Of a stretch of 64,000 bases of DNA, positions 36,901-50,934 are shown in pieces. The position numbers and the translations under genes were made by a program. The stretch covers positions 34,919 to 98,918 of the forward strand of contig RBZT01000703.1 in NCBI GenBank assembly GCA_003693705.1, in the 5' to 3' direction. Each line of letters opens with the position of its first letter. The first letter of the stretch is position 1. Origin of the DNA: Polymyxa betae A26-41. Its lineage: Eukaryota > Protista > Endomyxa: Phytomyxea. The notes under the pieces are model-generated. The model saw only the letters and a list, made by a program, of their open reading frames with translations, did no database searches and had not been told where the DNA came from.

Positions 36901-39900
36901 TCCAATATCTGCAGCTGGCATGTAAACCATACCACATCGTGAAACTGTAGCAGGAGATGCAACAGCCAAATCTTCGACTTCGAAGAGCATGCGAAGTTCT
37001 TTACGTAATTTAATTCGTTCACCATTGGCCAGGCATAAAGTCATGTTATCGTCGAGCACAGTGTTCATGTTCTCAATCCACAACGCGTCGACTGGACCAT
37101 CTGAAAACGCACGATAAGCTCAGCTTCGAGACCGTTTAAGCAGCTAAGACAAACCAAATACAACCCAGTGCCGGTTATCTGCACTTGTGTCCTTGATGGC
37201 TTCTCTCATGATTGTCGATGCTAAGCCGTCGGTCCACTCCTGTGATAGTACAGAAACTTCTCCATACAGCTCTCCCATTGTGATACATTTTGGGTTCAGT
37301 ACATGGGTTAAAATATTGGCATAAGAACCTGCAGCGCTTGGATCCTGATTCTGTTGTTCAGCATCCAAAGTTTTGACAAGAAGATTTGTTGCATTACCCG
37401 CGCTTTGAGGCTGGTCAGCGCTTGAGATAACATTTTATAACACTCGGTCTTGGCAGAACCGGTAGGTCCAACAAGCATCACTCCAAAGCGTACGTTGAAA
37501 GTATCGAATAGTTGCAGCACTTTGTTTGTGAATTTCGGAACAATTTGTAAGCCAACATTAGCAATAGTTTTCTGGCAGATAACTCAGAAGATGCTGATGG
37601 CAACCAAAAAAATTAAATACTTCTATCTCTCTTTGCAATATTCCGTAGTCTGCATCTGGAATAACGGATCCTGGGAACAAGTCCTGGACAATGGCATTGA
37701 ACAGCGGCAGATCGTCATTAAGGAATTTGGGAATGTTTGAATCCCTAAAACATGCTTTCGTTCGGAGAAAGGTTAAGGTGTGGATAACTCTGACCTCATA
37801 GCTCGAATAAGAACAATATCTTCGTTGAGGTTCGGCTGAGACCGTTTTAAGGACCCTGCCATAACCAAAACAGACTTGACAGCTCTCATTCCAAAATCAT
37901 AATGGTCTTGTTGTGACAGCTGCTCCGAGCTTAATTTATACAGTTTCACCTGAAGTAGAGTGAGCGAATACATTGATTAACGTAAGGGTTAACCATTTTT
38001 TTTGATAGGATCGAAGCTGAAGAGAACCCTTCAGCAAATAACATAATTTCTGCAATCAAAGCGTAGTCTGGAATCATCATTGAAACAGGCCTGAACATCA
38101 CCTGGGCAAACGTCAACATTCTGGGATTATCCCAAGAGGCGGTGTCACTTTGAGGTTATCAGGAAGCTCAGTTCGGCCAGCATATCCTGGATTCATTGTA
38201 ACCATGACACCACAAAGTGGTTTGATTGGAATTTTGTGATCCATAAAAACGAATTCTGTTGCAGATTGCAGCAAGGCTTGGCGTATTTGCAACAGCTGTT
38301 GAGCAATGACAGACAATACTTCAATATCAATTCGGTTGAACTCATCAAGACAGGCCCAGGCTCCAGATTGAGCCAGACCCGAGAACAGTTTTCCCATTAT
38401 CTATAAAAAATAAGGCCATGATCGCAAACTGCAATGGTAAGATTTGACCTTGTAATCAATTTGATCAGAGCAATTGAAGACAACGCATAATGCACCTAGA
38501 GCTTTCGCCAAATCTTTCACAGATTCGGTTTTTCCTAATTAAACAGGTTAGGAAACCAGACTATAAGATAGTTAAAAGCGTACCAGTGCCGGCAGGTCCA
38601 GCAGGGGAGGATCCTAATTTTATATGAAGTGCTCCAGTAATTGTCATCCAACATCTATCGGCGATTCAGCTAAGACGATGCTTGGCTAAAAAGAATTACC
38701 TATCAGTAAGCGGTGTTATTACCAATCTGGAGGTGACCCCCATATATTCATATCCATAATCAAACTGGGCATTGACTTGTCGTACAATACAATCGTCTTT
38801 GTCAGCATCCCAGTAGAACCTGGAAACATCAATACTCCTTCCTTCGCCCAATACTGGATTGCCGTACCGTAATTGTTGCTGCCAATTGAAATCGTTGATG
38901 CCCGTAACGTTACCATCCAAAATTCTTCTGACGACATCACGAGCGTGAACGTCATTGGTTACCAAAGCGACCACCTGAAACATCTCAGTTGAAAGCAAAC
39001 ATAAATGAAGTCGAATTCAACCTTCTGGCGATCAATTGATGATAAATCGGTTCGAACCAATTCAGTCAGATCAGCTAATTGTCTCATCTGCGTATCTAAC
39101 CAAGATTTCATAGCTGCCACTGGATTAGAGCTTCGTAATGCTTGTTCACAACCGCGAGCCCACGCGATCTGAGAAACAGTCATGACCACCTAAGCCAGTG
39201 TCAATTTGTTGAAGGATTAGAAGGCATTAGTAGGTCCATACTTGACCAAATTGGCGTAACACCCATTCAGTTCTTGAAGAATCGTCGTAATCAATAACAC
39301 CTTGTTTCATATACTTGTGTAGAGATTTAACCATGTCAGCTTCCAGGGCGCATAACCATAGCTCAACCGAGCCTCGCGCTTTCAAATTTTTGCCTTTAGC
39401 AGTTATTTAGATAAGCATCGAACAAAAGCGGGTAACTACTTACCTAGTGGAACCCGTTCACCTTCTGACGAGTGCATTGCCAAAATATCAGTGGACTTCG
39501 GATCTTTCCCGAAATCCAATGACACGATGTTGTCAAAACATTTTCGAAGATGGGGCTGAACAGCACGTACATTTTTAGATTGAGCAAGGATCTCCAATAG
39601 CTCATCATTTGATAAGAAATAGAACCGAGGAAACGCTTGACGTTTTGTTTCCAGATAGTCCTAACTCACAGTAAGAACGACGTAGCAGATTTGCCAACGA
39701 CAGCAAGTACTTCAAGTCTTTTCTCGATCCTGTCCAAAGTAGCGTTGTGCTGCTGCAGCGTCTCTTTGAGTCCAGGGTAAAATGTCGCCGCCTTTAAAGC
39801 GTTTGGATCATCTGCGGTTCTTTTCATGATTTCATGCCACGATTTATTTACAATGGCGAACAACTTGGAATCTTCAGGTAATTGACGAACGATATCCTAA

Positions 39901-42900
39901 AACGATGAATATGAGATCGTTCATTGCTGATAAAAATGTACCTGAGCTGAGAATATCGTCTCAAGATATCGCCATTTGCGTTGACATGTTATCCATTCAT
40001 CAATGACTTCTTGGAATAATAACAGGCGTTTGCTCCATTCGAGAACTTGTTTACGAATTGGTTCGACATAGCGCGAACCGTAAATAGTGTTGACTGTGAC
40101 CAGAGATTCATCTAGACTTGCAATGATATCTTCTAACGATCCCAATACCCAAACCTAACGAGGTTTTCATCAAAGAGAATCCCAAGGAAAAGCAGAGCCG
40201 ACCTCTTTTTGGTCCTTGTAGGGGAGTAAGATGAAATCAAGGTCTTTCCAGGTAGCAATCACTTTGTCTAACATTGTCAGAAGCCCAGCTTCTTGAACTG
40301 CTTTGACAGCAATGGCGTTGATCTCATTTGCAAACCTCATGGCATCAATCTCGATCAATGTGCCTGTAATTATTATCAGATGCGATAAATAGTTTAGGAT
40401 ATAATCACACCAAGAGTGAAGCCTGTATCTGCAAAAATATCGTACTGAATCAAGTTTCTAATCTCAGCCCAGTGCCTTTCCACTAAAGATTTGTTCATAA
40501 GATCAACAACCATCGGCAGTGCCTGCTGCCATGCTATTATTTTCTGTTTAAATATTGGAATAATCTGATAACATGACGTTATTGCAGGTCAGTATCTAAT
40601 AAGAATATCCGCTTACTGGATTCCCTTCAAGTAGACGGGAAGCTTTTGTAGCAGTTTTAATAAATTTCTTTACTTCTTCAGAAATTAGATCAACCTGGAT
40701 CTCTGAGAACAACTGTTTTTTCCAGACGACAGTTTCGGTTTCCCAATCCGCAATAGCTTGGAACAGTTCCAATTTTATGCTCAGGTCTTGACGAACTTCG
40801 CCAATTTGTTCGAATTGCATGATTTCAACTTCCAGTGCTTCTTGGTAATACTGATACTTTTTCGACAGCTGCTCCAGCCTGGATAATTCGGCGTCCTGTT
40901 ATAGGTGTCAAGTTACAATGTTGCAGTTTACAGCAGCGCCTACGGATTCACTGAGAAAATGCAAACAATCGACGATGGCAACTTTAGGATTCGATATCAT
41001 CGGATCTTTTAAGCGATCAGCGACTTTTGATACGTTTTTGATTAGAATCGGAGTTTCTCTGTTTAATTCGTTGCTGAACCGAGTGATATTGTCCTCAATA
41101 GATGCCTCTGAAAGAGACATCGTGGTTTTTAGAGTTTGCCTGGTCTGTGAAACGGCTTTAAAAGAAACAGAAATTCGGTACAGAGCGAAAGTACCTGAGT
41201 CAGCTTATCGTATACAACGCTATCAGTCTCTGGAATTCGAATTCCATGTTCATCGATCAAAGCATATAGCGAAGTAATCGATTGGAATTCATCATCTAGT
41301 ACATCTGAATGTTCATTTGCCCTTGTTAAATGGGCCATAAATGCTACAAAATCGTCAACTGAGTCCGGCAACTGCCAATATAAAGTGTTTAGCGACATTT
41401 TATCAATGACACAAATTACTGACCTTGCTGATATTATAATTGTATGTTCTCAACGTCTCAAGCAGCTGAGTGGACTTCTCTCGAGCTAGTTCGGGAAGCA
41501 TATTCTGCACGTCGGCAAGGCGCCGCTCAGGCACTGGAAGTAGCAGTTTCTTCAAATTCTCGCTGTCAGCGCGAATGATAGAAACTACTGAGCTGAGTTG
41601 CATGCCTAAGACAATCGGTTCACTCTCAGCTATGAGTGCCTTGTATAACAAATAGCTGACCTTGAAAAGAACGAATTTGCTGGTTAAACTTTTCAATAAG
41701 TTCGGCAAATGTGCTCACAGGGGCATCACGTAGTTCAGTGAGATTAGGTTCAGGCTCCAAGAAGATCGCCAAAAAAGGATTGAATGTAGATGAGAACTTG
41801 CCAATCTCATCGAAAGCTGCAGCGATGGCGTCTCCTAATCCTTTTAAGGATTCTTGGAATTCCGCATCCTGAATCAGAGTCACGAAAACCACTTCATCTT
41901 ACTCTCACAGCAGACCTGTGAAATAATCGTTTGTAGTCCAGCATCATCATTAGCATTATCTCCATCGTCATTATGCGTCTGAGTATAATGATCCAGTGCT
42001 TGATCATTAGAAAGCCTCTCCACAGCACTTGTAATCTGTGCATTTTCATTCAGGCAGCGCCTTCTTAATGCACATTCAATAATATTTACTCTGAGAGCAT
42101 CTGTCACTACAGTTTGCAGGGCGTTCTGGAAATCTTTCATCGGCGGAGAGAATGTGAAATGCTGGTCGTCCATCAGAATCTCAACCGAGAATATAGGTTC
42201 GTTAGGAGACGACGCCGACTCGCTGTCACTGGACGATGCATCCTGCTCACAGAATTATACAATGAAGTATTAATGATCAAATGAGTAAACCCATACTGGG
42301 ATATTCAAAAGTGTATGCCATAGTTTGCGTGTACAATGCTTCACTAGTGACGAAAGAGTGTCGATCAAAAAGTAATCTGCCAATCTGATAAACTTCATAA
42401 GCTTGCGACACTCGGACCGAATTGCAGCGCGTTCAGCATGAGAAATCTATCATAACATCAGCAATTGATATGCTTTTTGTCTGGGCGCTGACTTTCTCGC
42501 CATCGCGACTAAGATCAACTGCAAATGAAGCAGCAGCGCTAGAGGGGCGCGTTCTTGCTTCATCCGGATCTGCTCGAAATCCATTCTGAATCAAGAACCG
42601 GTTAAGATCGCTGCTGCAAGCCTCGGTGATGATATCGAGGACCGAGCGCCTTAAAGCCTGAAGCTGTGTGGCTACATTCTCTACTCTTTTGCTTTGATTC
42701 GAGATGAACTCGTTCAGGTTAGTTGTGGTCCACCTATCGACCTGTCATGTGTCAGTGAAGGCTGACAGGGTCGCAATGTTACGTCATCACAGACATGATA
42801 GAGGTCCCATAGGCCCACTTCGAATAGGGTCTCTCTCAGCTTTAGAATGGGTTCTCGAAGGTTGTTGGAGAGAATTAGAAGATTGTCCTGCAGCACCAAC

Positions 42901-43611
42901 TGGCACTTGGACGTCTTCATACCGCGAATGTATTTCTTCCAGAAGACGAACGCTTTCCACATGCGGTATTGGGCGAAGAACCGGATCTTCGTCATCTTGC
43001 TGAAAAGATAGTATTCACGCTCCCATTGACCTACGGCTTGATTAGAGGTGCTACATTCGTGTTTCATTCTGTTTACTCAATGCGACGAAAGTTGAGTCTC
43101 CTTTGTAGAAATGGGTAACGCCGCTGCTGGACATCGTATAATAATTATCAGGGTTGATCTAAATGGCAATTTTAATTGCGGTTGAGCAGTATAAGAGTGA
43201 AATGACCTCGGTATGATCGACAATTTTCAAATCATATGGTCCAACAGAGTTTAAATAGACAAATCTGTCAGTATTAGGATCCGCAAGAACGCCTTCGATA
43301 AACGAAAACGGACTAGTTGAATCAAATGTAACATTCGTCCTTGTTCTGCTCGGTCCAGGAACAGTAGAATGGCGCCTAGCGACAGCCGCACCAGGTGTGC
43401 TTTTGAGTGAATGTGATATACGAGGTTTTCTTGGTGGCGGAGGCGAAGCTGCTCGCGGCGATAAAGCCGGCGGCTGATTTCGCTTTAACAAATTCGCTGA
43501 GCTCGGACTTGGCTCCCCGGTAGCAGGCTTCGTCAGCGGTTGGGCGACGTGTTTCCGGACCATACGAGATTGCAAGGCGCGTTGTAAAGAACGCCTAGCA
43601 TCGTCCGACAT
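27975..43611 (-). CDS. DNAH6: Axonemal inner-arm dynein heavy chain, DNAH6-like; dozens of short introns
   Basis: P-loops [68 protein letters not shown] is characteristic of DNAH6 as I recall it. C-terminal [24 protein letters not shown]...[11 protein letters not shown]. Confidence 0.93.
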
Positions 43612-43994
43612 CGTATTGCCCCGCCAGAGCGAAACCACTGTCAATGCTATCCAACTATAAATCGGGTTGGATCCTGTGACCGGACCGATCCGTCATCTCA
43701 AAATTGAACGCATGCTTTCATTAATCGCACACGCAACCGATACGATTCCTGATCAGCGGTTGCTGTTATGCTGCTCCTAGTAGTGCACGCCTAATGTCGA
43801 CAGAAGCAAGAACGAGTGTTCGTCTTGTAGGTTGCAGAATACATGGCCATCTGTCCGTTTAATAAGAAGGGTGAATGAGCTTCTCATGGTCGCTTGAAGA
43901 CGGAGGATGTTCTGACGATTTAAATACCTGCAAGACATAGTGCACGTATAAGTGCGCTCATGTCCATGTCGGACCCCGTATCTATTTCGATCTC

Positions 43995-45368
43995 ATGGTG
44001 CTACAAAGACCTTTGGCACGCTTCTGGCGCCGACTATCGCCAGCAGCGTCTGCTCGCTTGTCACTTTCGGCATCAGACCTGACTAAATCCGCTCGAAAAG
44101 CGTTTCTCGGCAACGATGAGACCATCAACGATTTCGACAATTGGATTGTAGATCCACGTACGAAATCTGTGAACATAAACGGGATTGCTGAGAATATTAA
44201 GCTTGATTTTAAGGGTCGAGCGCGGCACGTCCAAAGGATTGGTGGCATGTTGATGGCCGAATCAAAGAAGCCATTTGGAAGCTGCATGAAAGCGATTCTA
44301 ACCGTTGGACGGTCACTGCTCTAAGCGATCAGTTCGCATTGCAGCCTTTTCGAATCGAGGCCATATTACAAATGAAACACGACGAAAAAACTAATTGGAA
44401 GCCAGGTAATGTTCAACAATGCATTACACTGATTTTACTGACTGCAATGCGCAGAGGAATTGCACGACGATATGGAAGCCGCAGTCGAGACAGCCATTGA
44501 GCTATACCGATTAGAAAGTCGATGTGCTGATATTCAAGATGATTCCAATCCAGGTTAGTTGTAATAATACTGAACGACGAGACATAGTGTAACGAAACGA
44601 ACAGACGTCCAGGCGCTACATGCATGTTACGAGCTTATCTACACCTACATCACCTCAGTAAAGAAGGTAGCCACTGTCAAATTTTATCTGTAGACGGTCT
44701 AATCGCGACTCATGCTATAGATCGAGAAGCTCCAGAGTCAGCTGAACAAAGACGAAGAAGGCGTGGACAAGGCCTCGGTTACAGAAGAGCTTAGCGCTGT
44801 TTTGAAGACTAAACAAAGCGTATCGCTATCGCGCCTTTCCATGATTGTGTCTGAATTGAATTTCAGACATTTGACCAATTACGTTCTCGGCTGCGTCCAA
44901 GTTTATCAGAACCGATCTACGATTTTGAGGTTTTCGACAGAAACAAGCATTCTACTCGTGCACAGCCTCCTGTTTTTGATGTGGCCATCCAAGGGCGGTT
45001 AACCCCACCGCCTCAGCAAGGTTCAGGTTCCGGAAAGGTGGCTCTTGAATTTTTTTCGCGGTCTCAGTTCTTTGAGTGAGAAATGTTCCAGGTTATCGTC
45101 GATTCGGAAACAGCCAAACAGAATATGCAACGCGATAATCGATACAATATTATCATCACCGATGTTTCAAAGTAGTGACCATGCATGTAATGTGTTGAAC
45201 CTGTGTACTAATTGCGATTCCAGGGATAAGAAGAAGCATGGTCCAGTTCGTGTCGTTGTTCGACAGAAAGATGGCGGTTTACGGCATGCAACACGGAACG
45301 AGCTGGAGCGTGCCATCCAGAATGAGGACCCTGTGCCTCGTGATCGACGCATCATCTATACAGAGTAA
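43995..45368 (+). CDS. Mitochondrial protein with an mS22 (MRPS22)-like C-terminal motif, multi-exon
   Basis: Arg-rich targeting peptide. YNIIITDVSK...VRVVVRQKDGGLRHATRNELERAIQ resembles mS22 YVFTDIS...[24 protein letters not shown] as recalled. Confidence 0.6.
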
Positions 45369-45609
45369 AACAGCATCCTAACAATGGATGCACTGTAAAA
45401 AAATTGTTTTCAAAACAACCTAGAGCCTCAGCAATTCACGTTGGTCGATTTTTCAGCGAGCATTCAAACCAAATGCATGCGCTAGGACGCCCTCAGTTCT
45501 AAGGTTTCCACTTACGGTTTGACACTATAAGTCATGTATACACCTCACGACAGATTACATTTAAGGCATAATTTATAACTAAGGAAGATCTACATTGTTG
45601 TCTTGCACA

Positions 45610-48600
45610 TTACCATTGGATAGATTGAGTGTTGGAGTCGACACGTGCATGCTATGCCTTGTGCCAGCTGTTTTCCTTGTCCTGTTATCTGAAACTTCTG
45701 AGGCTGCCCTATTGCGATGGTGCACGGCGACACTCCTAACAGAATATCAACAAACATCACATATTAGAAGAGCGATTCTTCGCTGACCTGTCGGTCACTG
45801 TAGTGACCATCCACGGTATCAGATGGGAGATGGGAAGAGACAGATTGCTTAAATGCCAGATCAGATTCCAAAATACAGTTGGAGACTTCAAGCGAAATGT
45901 CTTTGATGTTATATAATCGCCAGCTGCCGCTTGATAATCCCTGATCAACGTATCGATCTCTTTCTGTAGGACAGGAGGGGAAAGATACTCGCAGAATACT
46001 TGATCAGTCCCGTCAGATTTCGAAATGCAAAATCTAGGGACGAAACTGAGCAAACATCAATCGCTGCAGCCGAATTGACATAACAGCGATGGTACCGTGA
46101 TTCACAAAGTTGACATGCAGTGGTGTAATCATTGCTGTCAACTTTCCAACCATGACGAATAGCATCATCAGAAACGGGCTTTGAACATTGAGGGCAAATT
46201 TCGGTGGTAACAATTTGCAATCCTGAGAATATATAAAGACGAATATAATGAAACGAGAAAATCATGATACCAGGGCAAGCTGCTTCAAACATTTGCTTGC
46301 ATTCAGATTCATCCAATGCGGGTGGAACAATTGGCTTCTCTCTCCTCCACGAGCTTGATAACGAGGACTTACCGGATTCACCATCTGGACTTGGAATATT
46401 AGCCTTCTTTGTCCTTCCTGCAAAATGTCAGGTACAATTCAGGAGCATCAAAAGCCTGAAAAACTATATACCTAATGTCCCCAATGTATGATAGGCGTGA
46501 GACAAATCGCCATTCATACTGAATGCGGTGAAGAGAGCCGAGTAAATTGACGCATCAGGGATAATCCCATCCCTAATGTCATTATTATCTCGGTTATGGT
46601 GAATAAGTAGATAGCACGACCGACCTTTGCATGTGCTCCAGAAAAATCAATGCCAGTTCAGGGCTTTTGCATTTACCGCAAGATTGGATGAGTTCACGGT
46701 AACACTGTTGGTCGATGGGAATGCCATATTGCCGAACACGGTCGAGAACAGGAAATGCAGATGTGAGGAGTTTCGATTTCCGCTTGGACGAACAAATAGC
46801 CGTGAGAAGCGAAAACCAAACAGAATAGATGTATCGGTATGATGTCAGGTTTGGGAGATTAGAATTACTTGAGCGTCGTTCGAACAACTGAACAAAATCA
46901 GTACTTGCGAGCCCAAGTGGACGTAAACCAAGATTACTGCAGCTCGAACGAATCCTTTCTTTGCTTGTTGAATATCGCGCCTTCTGCCGTTATCGGAACG
47001 TAACAGCGACTTAATGATGCGAGGTTCACTGAACAGAGATGCCTTCAAAGGAACAGGCCAGACGTCATATTTAAACACTTTCTGTGGCAGATCGGATGCA
47101 TCAGGGGATGGAGCGACCTGAAAGTGGAATCAAAATGAAGGACAACAGAACGACTAGCAAACTAACAAATGTTGTGCGTTCTTTGCCGGAATGATCATCA
47201 AGAAATGGAGTTTGTCTCTTCTTGACGAACTTCGACCTGTTATGTTTCTCGATGATAGATTCGTCAAAAAAAAGAACATCAGCGTCACGGGGGTCGATAT
47301 TATCCGAGACAGAAGAAGTCGGAGTGATGGTTCCTTCACATCCAGGCATTACTCTTTCCTCAATGAACCTAAACAAGAATCAAACCGGATTTACCATCCA
47401 AATATTATGATTACCTGGCAAAGGCTTGTGTTGAAAGGAATCCGTTCAAGAACCGATGTGCCGCACTTGGGAATGTCTCGATGAATCTGAAACTTTTTGA
47501 GAACTCGGTAAGCAAAAGCCGTCAATTTGTTACTCTTCTGTTTTAAAGAATGAGTTGGGATAAGGATCTTCTTCGTTCGGATACACGATGAAGTCGCGAT
47601 AGTTCTTCAACAAAGAAACATATACGCGAAAGAAGGCCTGCCTAATGCCTTTCGAGTCTATACCGATTTTGAGGTGTTTCGGGTTATTTTCGACCTGGTC
47701 TGGAGGAGGAACATTTGTAAAAGCCTGAATGACGGTTCATCGATAATAGCTAAGCGAAGCAGTCCGAACTAACCAGATCAGCCTCAATCCATTGCCGAGT
47801 AGGAAATGGAGTCAGTTGGAATTCTTTCTGGTCATCATTCGCATCGGATGCCGTCGGCGAGCTAAGAGGAGACGCGGCCGCAGAAGGAGTTTTCGTTCCT
47901 CTTAAAGAATTCTGATACGCCAGCACGCTTTTCAAGGCAGATTGCAATTTCGAACGCTCATGGTCTGCAAGCCAGCGTCAAACAATGGCAGAGGAGCTTT
48001 AAACAACAAGTACCGGGAAGTTTGGGAGGATTTCCGGGGACATGCAATGCTTGGGTATCAATGTTAACCTGAATGCACTTTATTACAGCGTTTCCTTTTC
48101 GATTTCGAACGTACCAGAACAACGGAATCTGAGATATCGGAATAGGAATGAAGGAAAGAGTAGTGAGTTCCTATAATAAGTGGCATTGGAGCGTTCAAGA
48201 AGTCCAGAAGGGCCTGGACAAGTCAAATTCAGTGGCCAGTGTCTTGAGTGTTAAAAGCGAGGATACCTCTGGCAGAAGGGGAATATAAACATGCTGCCAT
48301 CGGAAAGGGTACATCAGCAACAGAAAGGATTCGGCAACCGACATCAGCAGAGAATACTGAGAGCTTATGAAGACAGCTTTGCGTTCCAGCAGTAAACACT
48401 CCAATACAGTAATGACCTAAGAAAACATCATTGTTATAAAAATTGTATAGAGATGAAGCACTATTTACAGTTTCAACTGGCAACAACTCGAACAGCTCAA
48501 TCATATCGAATCCGCTGACACTCTCATTGAGAGGATCGTTTAACGCCGGTCTAGAAAGACTGCGAAGCATCAATAAAAACGAAGACGATAGTGACAAATT

Positions 48601-49709
48601 TTACCAAACGGTTTGGTCAGCGATTGCGAACTGGACATCAACCCTTCCGCGTGGAGGAACAGGAACTTCTCGAAGAAAGTTCACGAGGTGCCTTTCTAGC
48701 GGTATTGATGTAGGGGTTAAGGAGATGCGATAAAGTTGAGTCAGGAAGGTACGAAGGGGACCGAAAAATGGCCAGGTAGAAAGAATGCAGATGCATTTGG
48801 GAGCAAACCTGGAAAAATTTCAATACGATCAACTCGGTTGAATGTCAGCTCATACCATGTTTCTTGAATTTCATCTCTCTTGTCCAATTCCTATTCGCAA
48901 TGAGAACACTGGAAATGGGACCGGAAATCAAAATTACCGTTGTCAACGTCTCTGGAGCTTCCTCTACGTCGAAAAATACATCATCCTAAGAAAATCAGAA
49001 CGAAAGTAACACAAAAGTTGGTAAAGAAAGTTGTCTTACCCCTTGGGTTAAAGTGCTTTCTGAGCCGCTTTCAGAAAGCGCAATATCCCCACGATTTACA
49101 TTGATGGAATCGGCTGCTGGATCCTCGTCTGAACTATTTGATGGGCTGAGATTAACAAACAGCCATCAATTGAATATAAAACAAAAATGCCTTGAAAATT
49201 ACACTAATGATGAGGCTTTCTCGGAAGGTGATGGAAGGTTGAGATGCATTTCCGCCACCGCGCGTTTTGCTTTGTTTACCATTTCCTGGATTGGTGCAAA
49301 GTTTACAGCCAGTAAACACAACGAGAAATGAGTTCTTACAGGAGATGCTTGTTCATAAAACTTTAAGCAAGCGCCATACAGTTTGTCGCCACTTGCTACG
49401 GTAGAGGCAAAGGAGAAGAAGATGGGCATTTCCGGCTGTGCGGAAAACCTCAATCCATTCGGTAAACAAAACATAGCTACTCCAGGAGGAAACTCGGCCA
49501 AGCCATCCGATGACGAAGCTAAAGGATATCTATCCAGAACTTCTCCTAAACGAGAAAAAATCTGAATTTGAGAGTTGCGAGCAGTCACGGCAGGAACCTT
49601 GAAAGGAAATTTCTAACGGATTGGTACTCGTCTGTCCGGAAATGGGAACGAGATTCTCTCCAGCTCCGACTACGATAAAATACTCGCCGAGGCGTGGCGA
49701 CCGGGCCAT
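45610..49709 (-). CDS. DENN-domain Rab GEF, DENND4/Crag-like (uDENN-cDENN-dDENN, PPR, C-terminal Cys-rich region)
   Basis: LGEYFIVVGAG, EVLDRYP...VAMFCLPNGL, LLLERKAVFISSQYSLL...YPFRWQHVYIPLLP, FFDESIIEK, PPR-like CYRELIQSCGKCKSPELA, EYLSPPVLQKEI...PTVFWNLIW. Confidence 0.9.
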
Positions 49710-50009
49710 GACGGCAGCCGGGGATGGCGTGCGGATTCCGTAATTGTTGAGATTCCACGATCGATGATCCGGCGCCGCCGTCACACAGTCTGCCGGCACC
49801 AAGCGCCAATCAAATTGCCGAATCTCGCGATCGCCTAGAGACAAGCGGAACGACGCAATGCAGAACAATTAGCGGAAACTGTCGTGTTTTTTCTCTGTAA
49901 ATGAAACGTGGGTCCAGTGGAGACAGCGTTATTTTTGACCCGATTCCAGCCTGCAGGGCGGCTGCGCTCCGCCTCCGCTAAACGGGGCTCATCCGTGGGG
50001 TCATGGGAG

Positions 50010-50720
50010 ATCATTGCCAATAATCGATCCTCGGTTGCAAACTAAGTATAGTTGGAGAGAAACTCCACGAGGTCGAACCAGAACGGGAACAAACGAATAA
50101 GGCTTTTACAGAAGCATATGAGAATCTGGCACAGATCAAGTTGGACTCCTGTGTTTACATCTCTATTTGACCTTATACTGGAAACTGCTTCGTTGACATG
50201 TGAGAAATATTCGGCAGTTGACATTGTATTCTAGTTAAAAGTTTTAATATTCTGAGCTTGGAACCCATTTGCTTACAGTAGCAGCCCCAAATCAACAGGA
50301 TTCGGTTGGATTTTTCTTTTGAGCAAACAAGAAACCGATTCAATGGCGATTGGAAAGTCGGAACTAGTACTTGATTGCTTCTCCTCACCCATAACGCATT
50401 AAGTATGGGTTTGCTAATGATGCACTGTGATGGGAACAAGCAGAAATCCCAACGTTGAAGATGATTCCGTTGCAAGCGCTTCTGTTCGAATGCTGAACAC
50501 CCTCAGCTGAAGATTTAGCCAGCATGTATTTTTTAATCCGACCTAATATTGCACTGCTTAGGGATAAACTAACCAGTGTTTGAACGACTGCTTGTGAAGC
50601 AAGGGTTTAGGGTTAATGTTATTATCCTTCTCAAAGTATTTTTAAGCATAATTTCGTTTTTTAAAACAAATAGTTCGGTGTTTCTTAGCGATACAGTAAT
50701 GAGCAGGAATCATTCATTGA
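50010..50720 (-). other. Possible small multi-exon gene, unresolved
   Basis: Intron-like segments on the minus strand (e.g. GTAAGC...AACTAG near 50231-50276) and an upstream TATAAA, but no consistent protein model was found. Confidence 0.25.
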
Positions 50721-50934
50721 GATTTTAGTGCGACTGTGCGATCTGCGTTTATAGCAATGATGTGAGTTGGTGATCGTCGCAGGAACAATCACCGACGTCG
50801 AGCTCGATTAGACGATCGCAGATCCAGGACCAACTACTGCGGCCGAGAACTGACCAAATAATTGGAGACATTTAACTGGATGATAGCATCGGCTGCTTGC
50901 ATATGAACATTTAAGGAAAACGTTGAACAATTTA

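Noticed and set aside
27975-43611. Many short ORFs on both strands across the dynein region
   Set aside because: Minus-strand ones are exons of one dynein gene with intron read-through; plus-strand ones are antisense noise.
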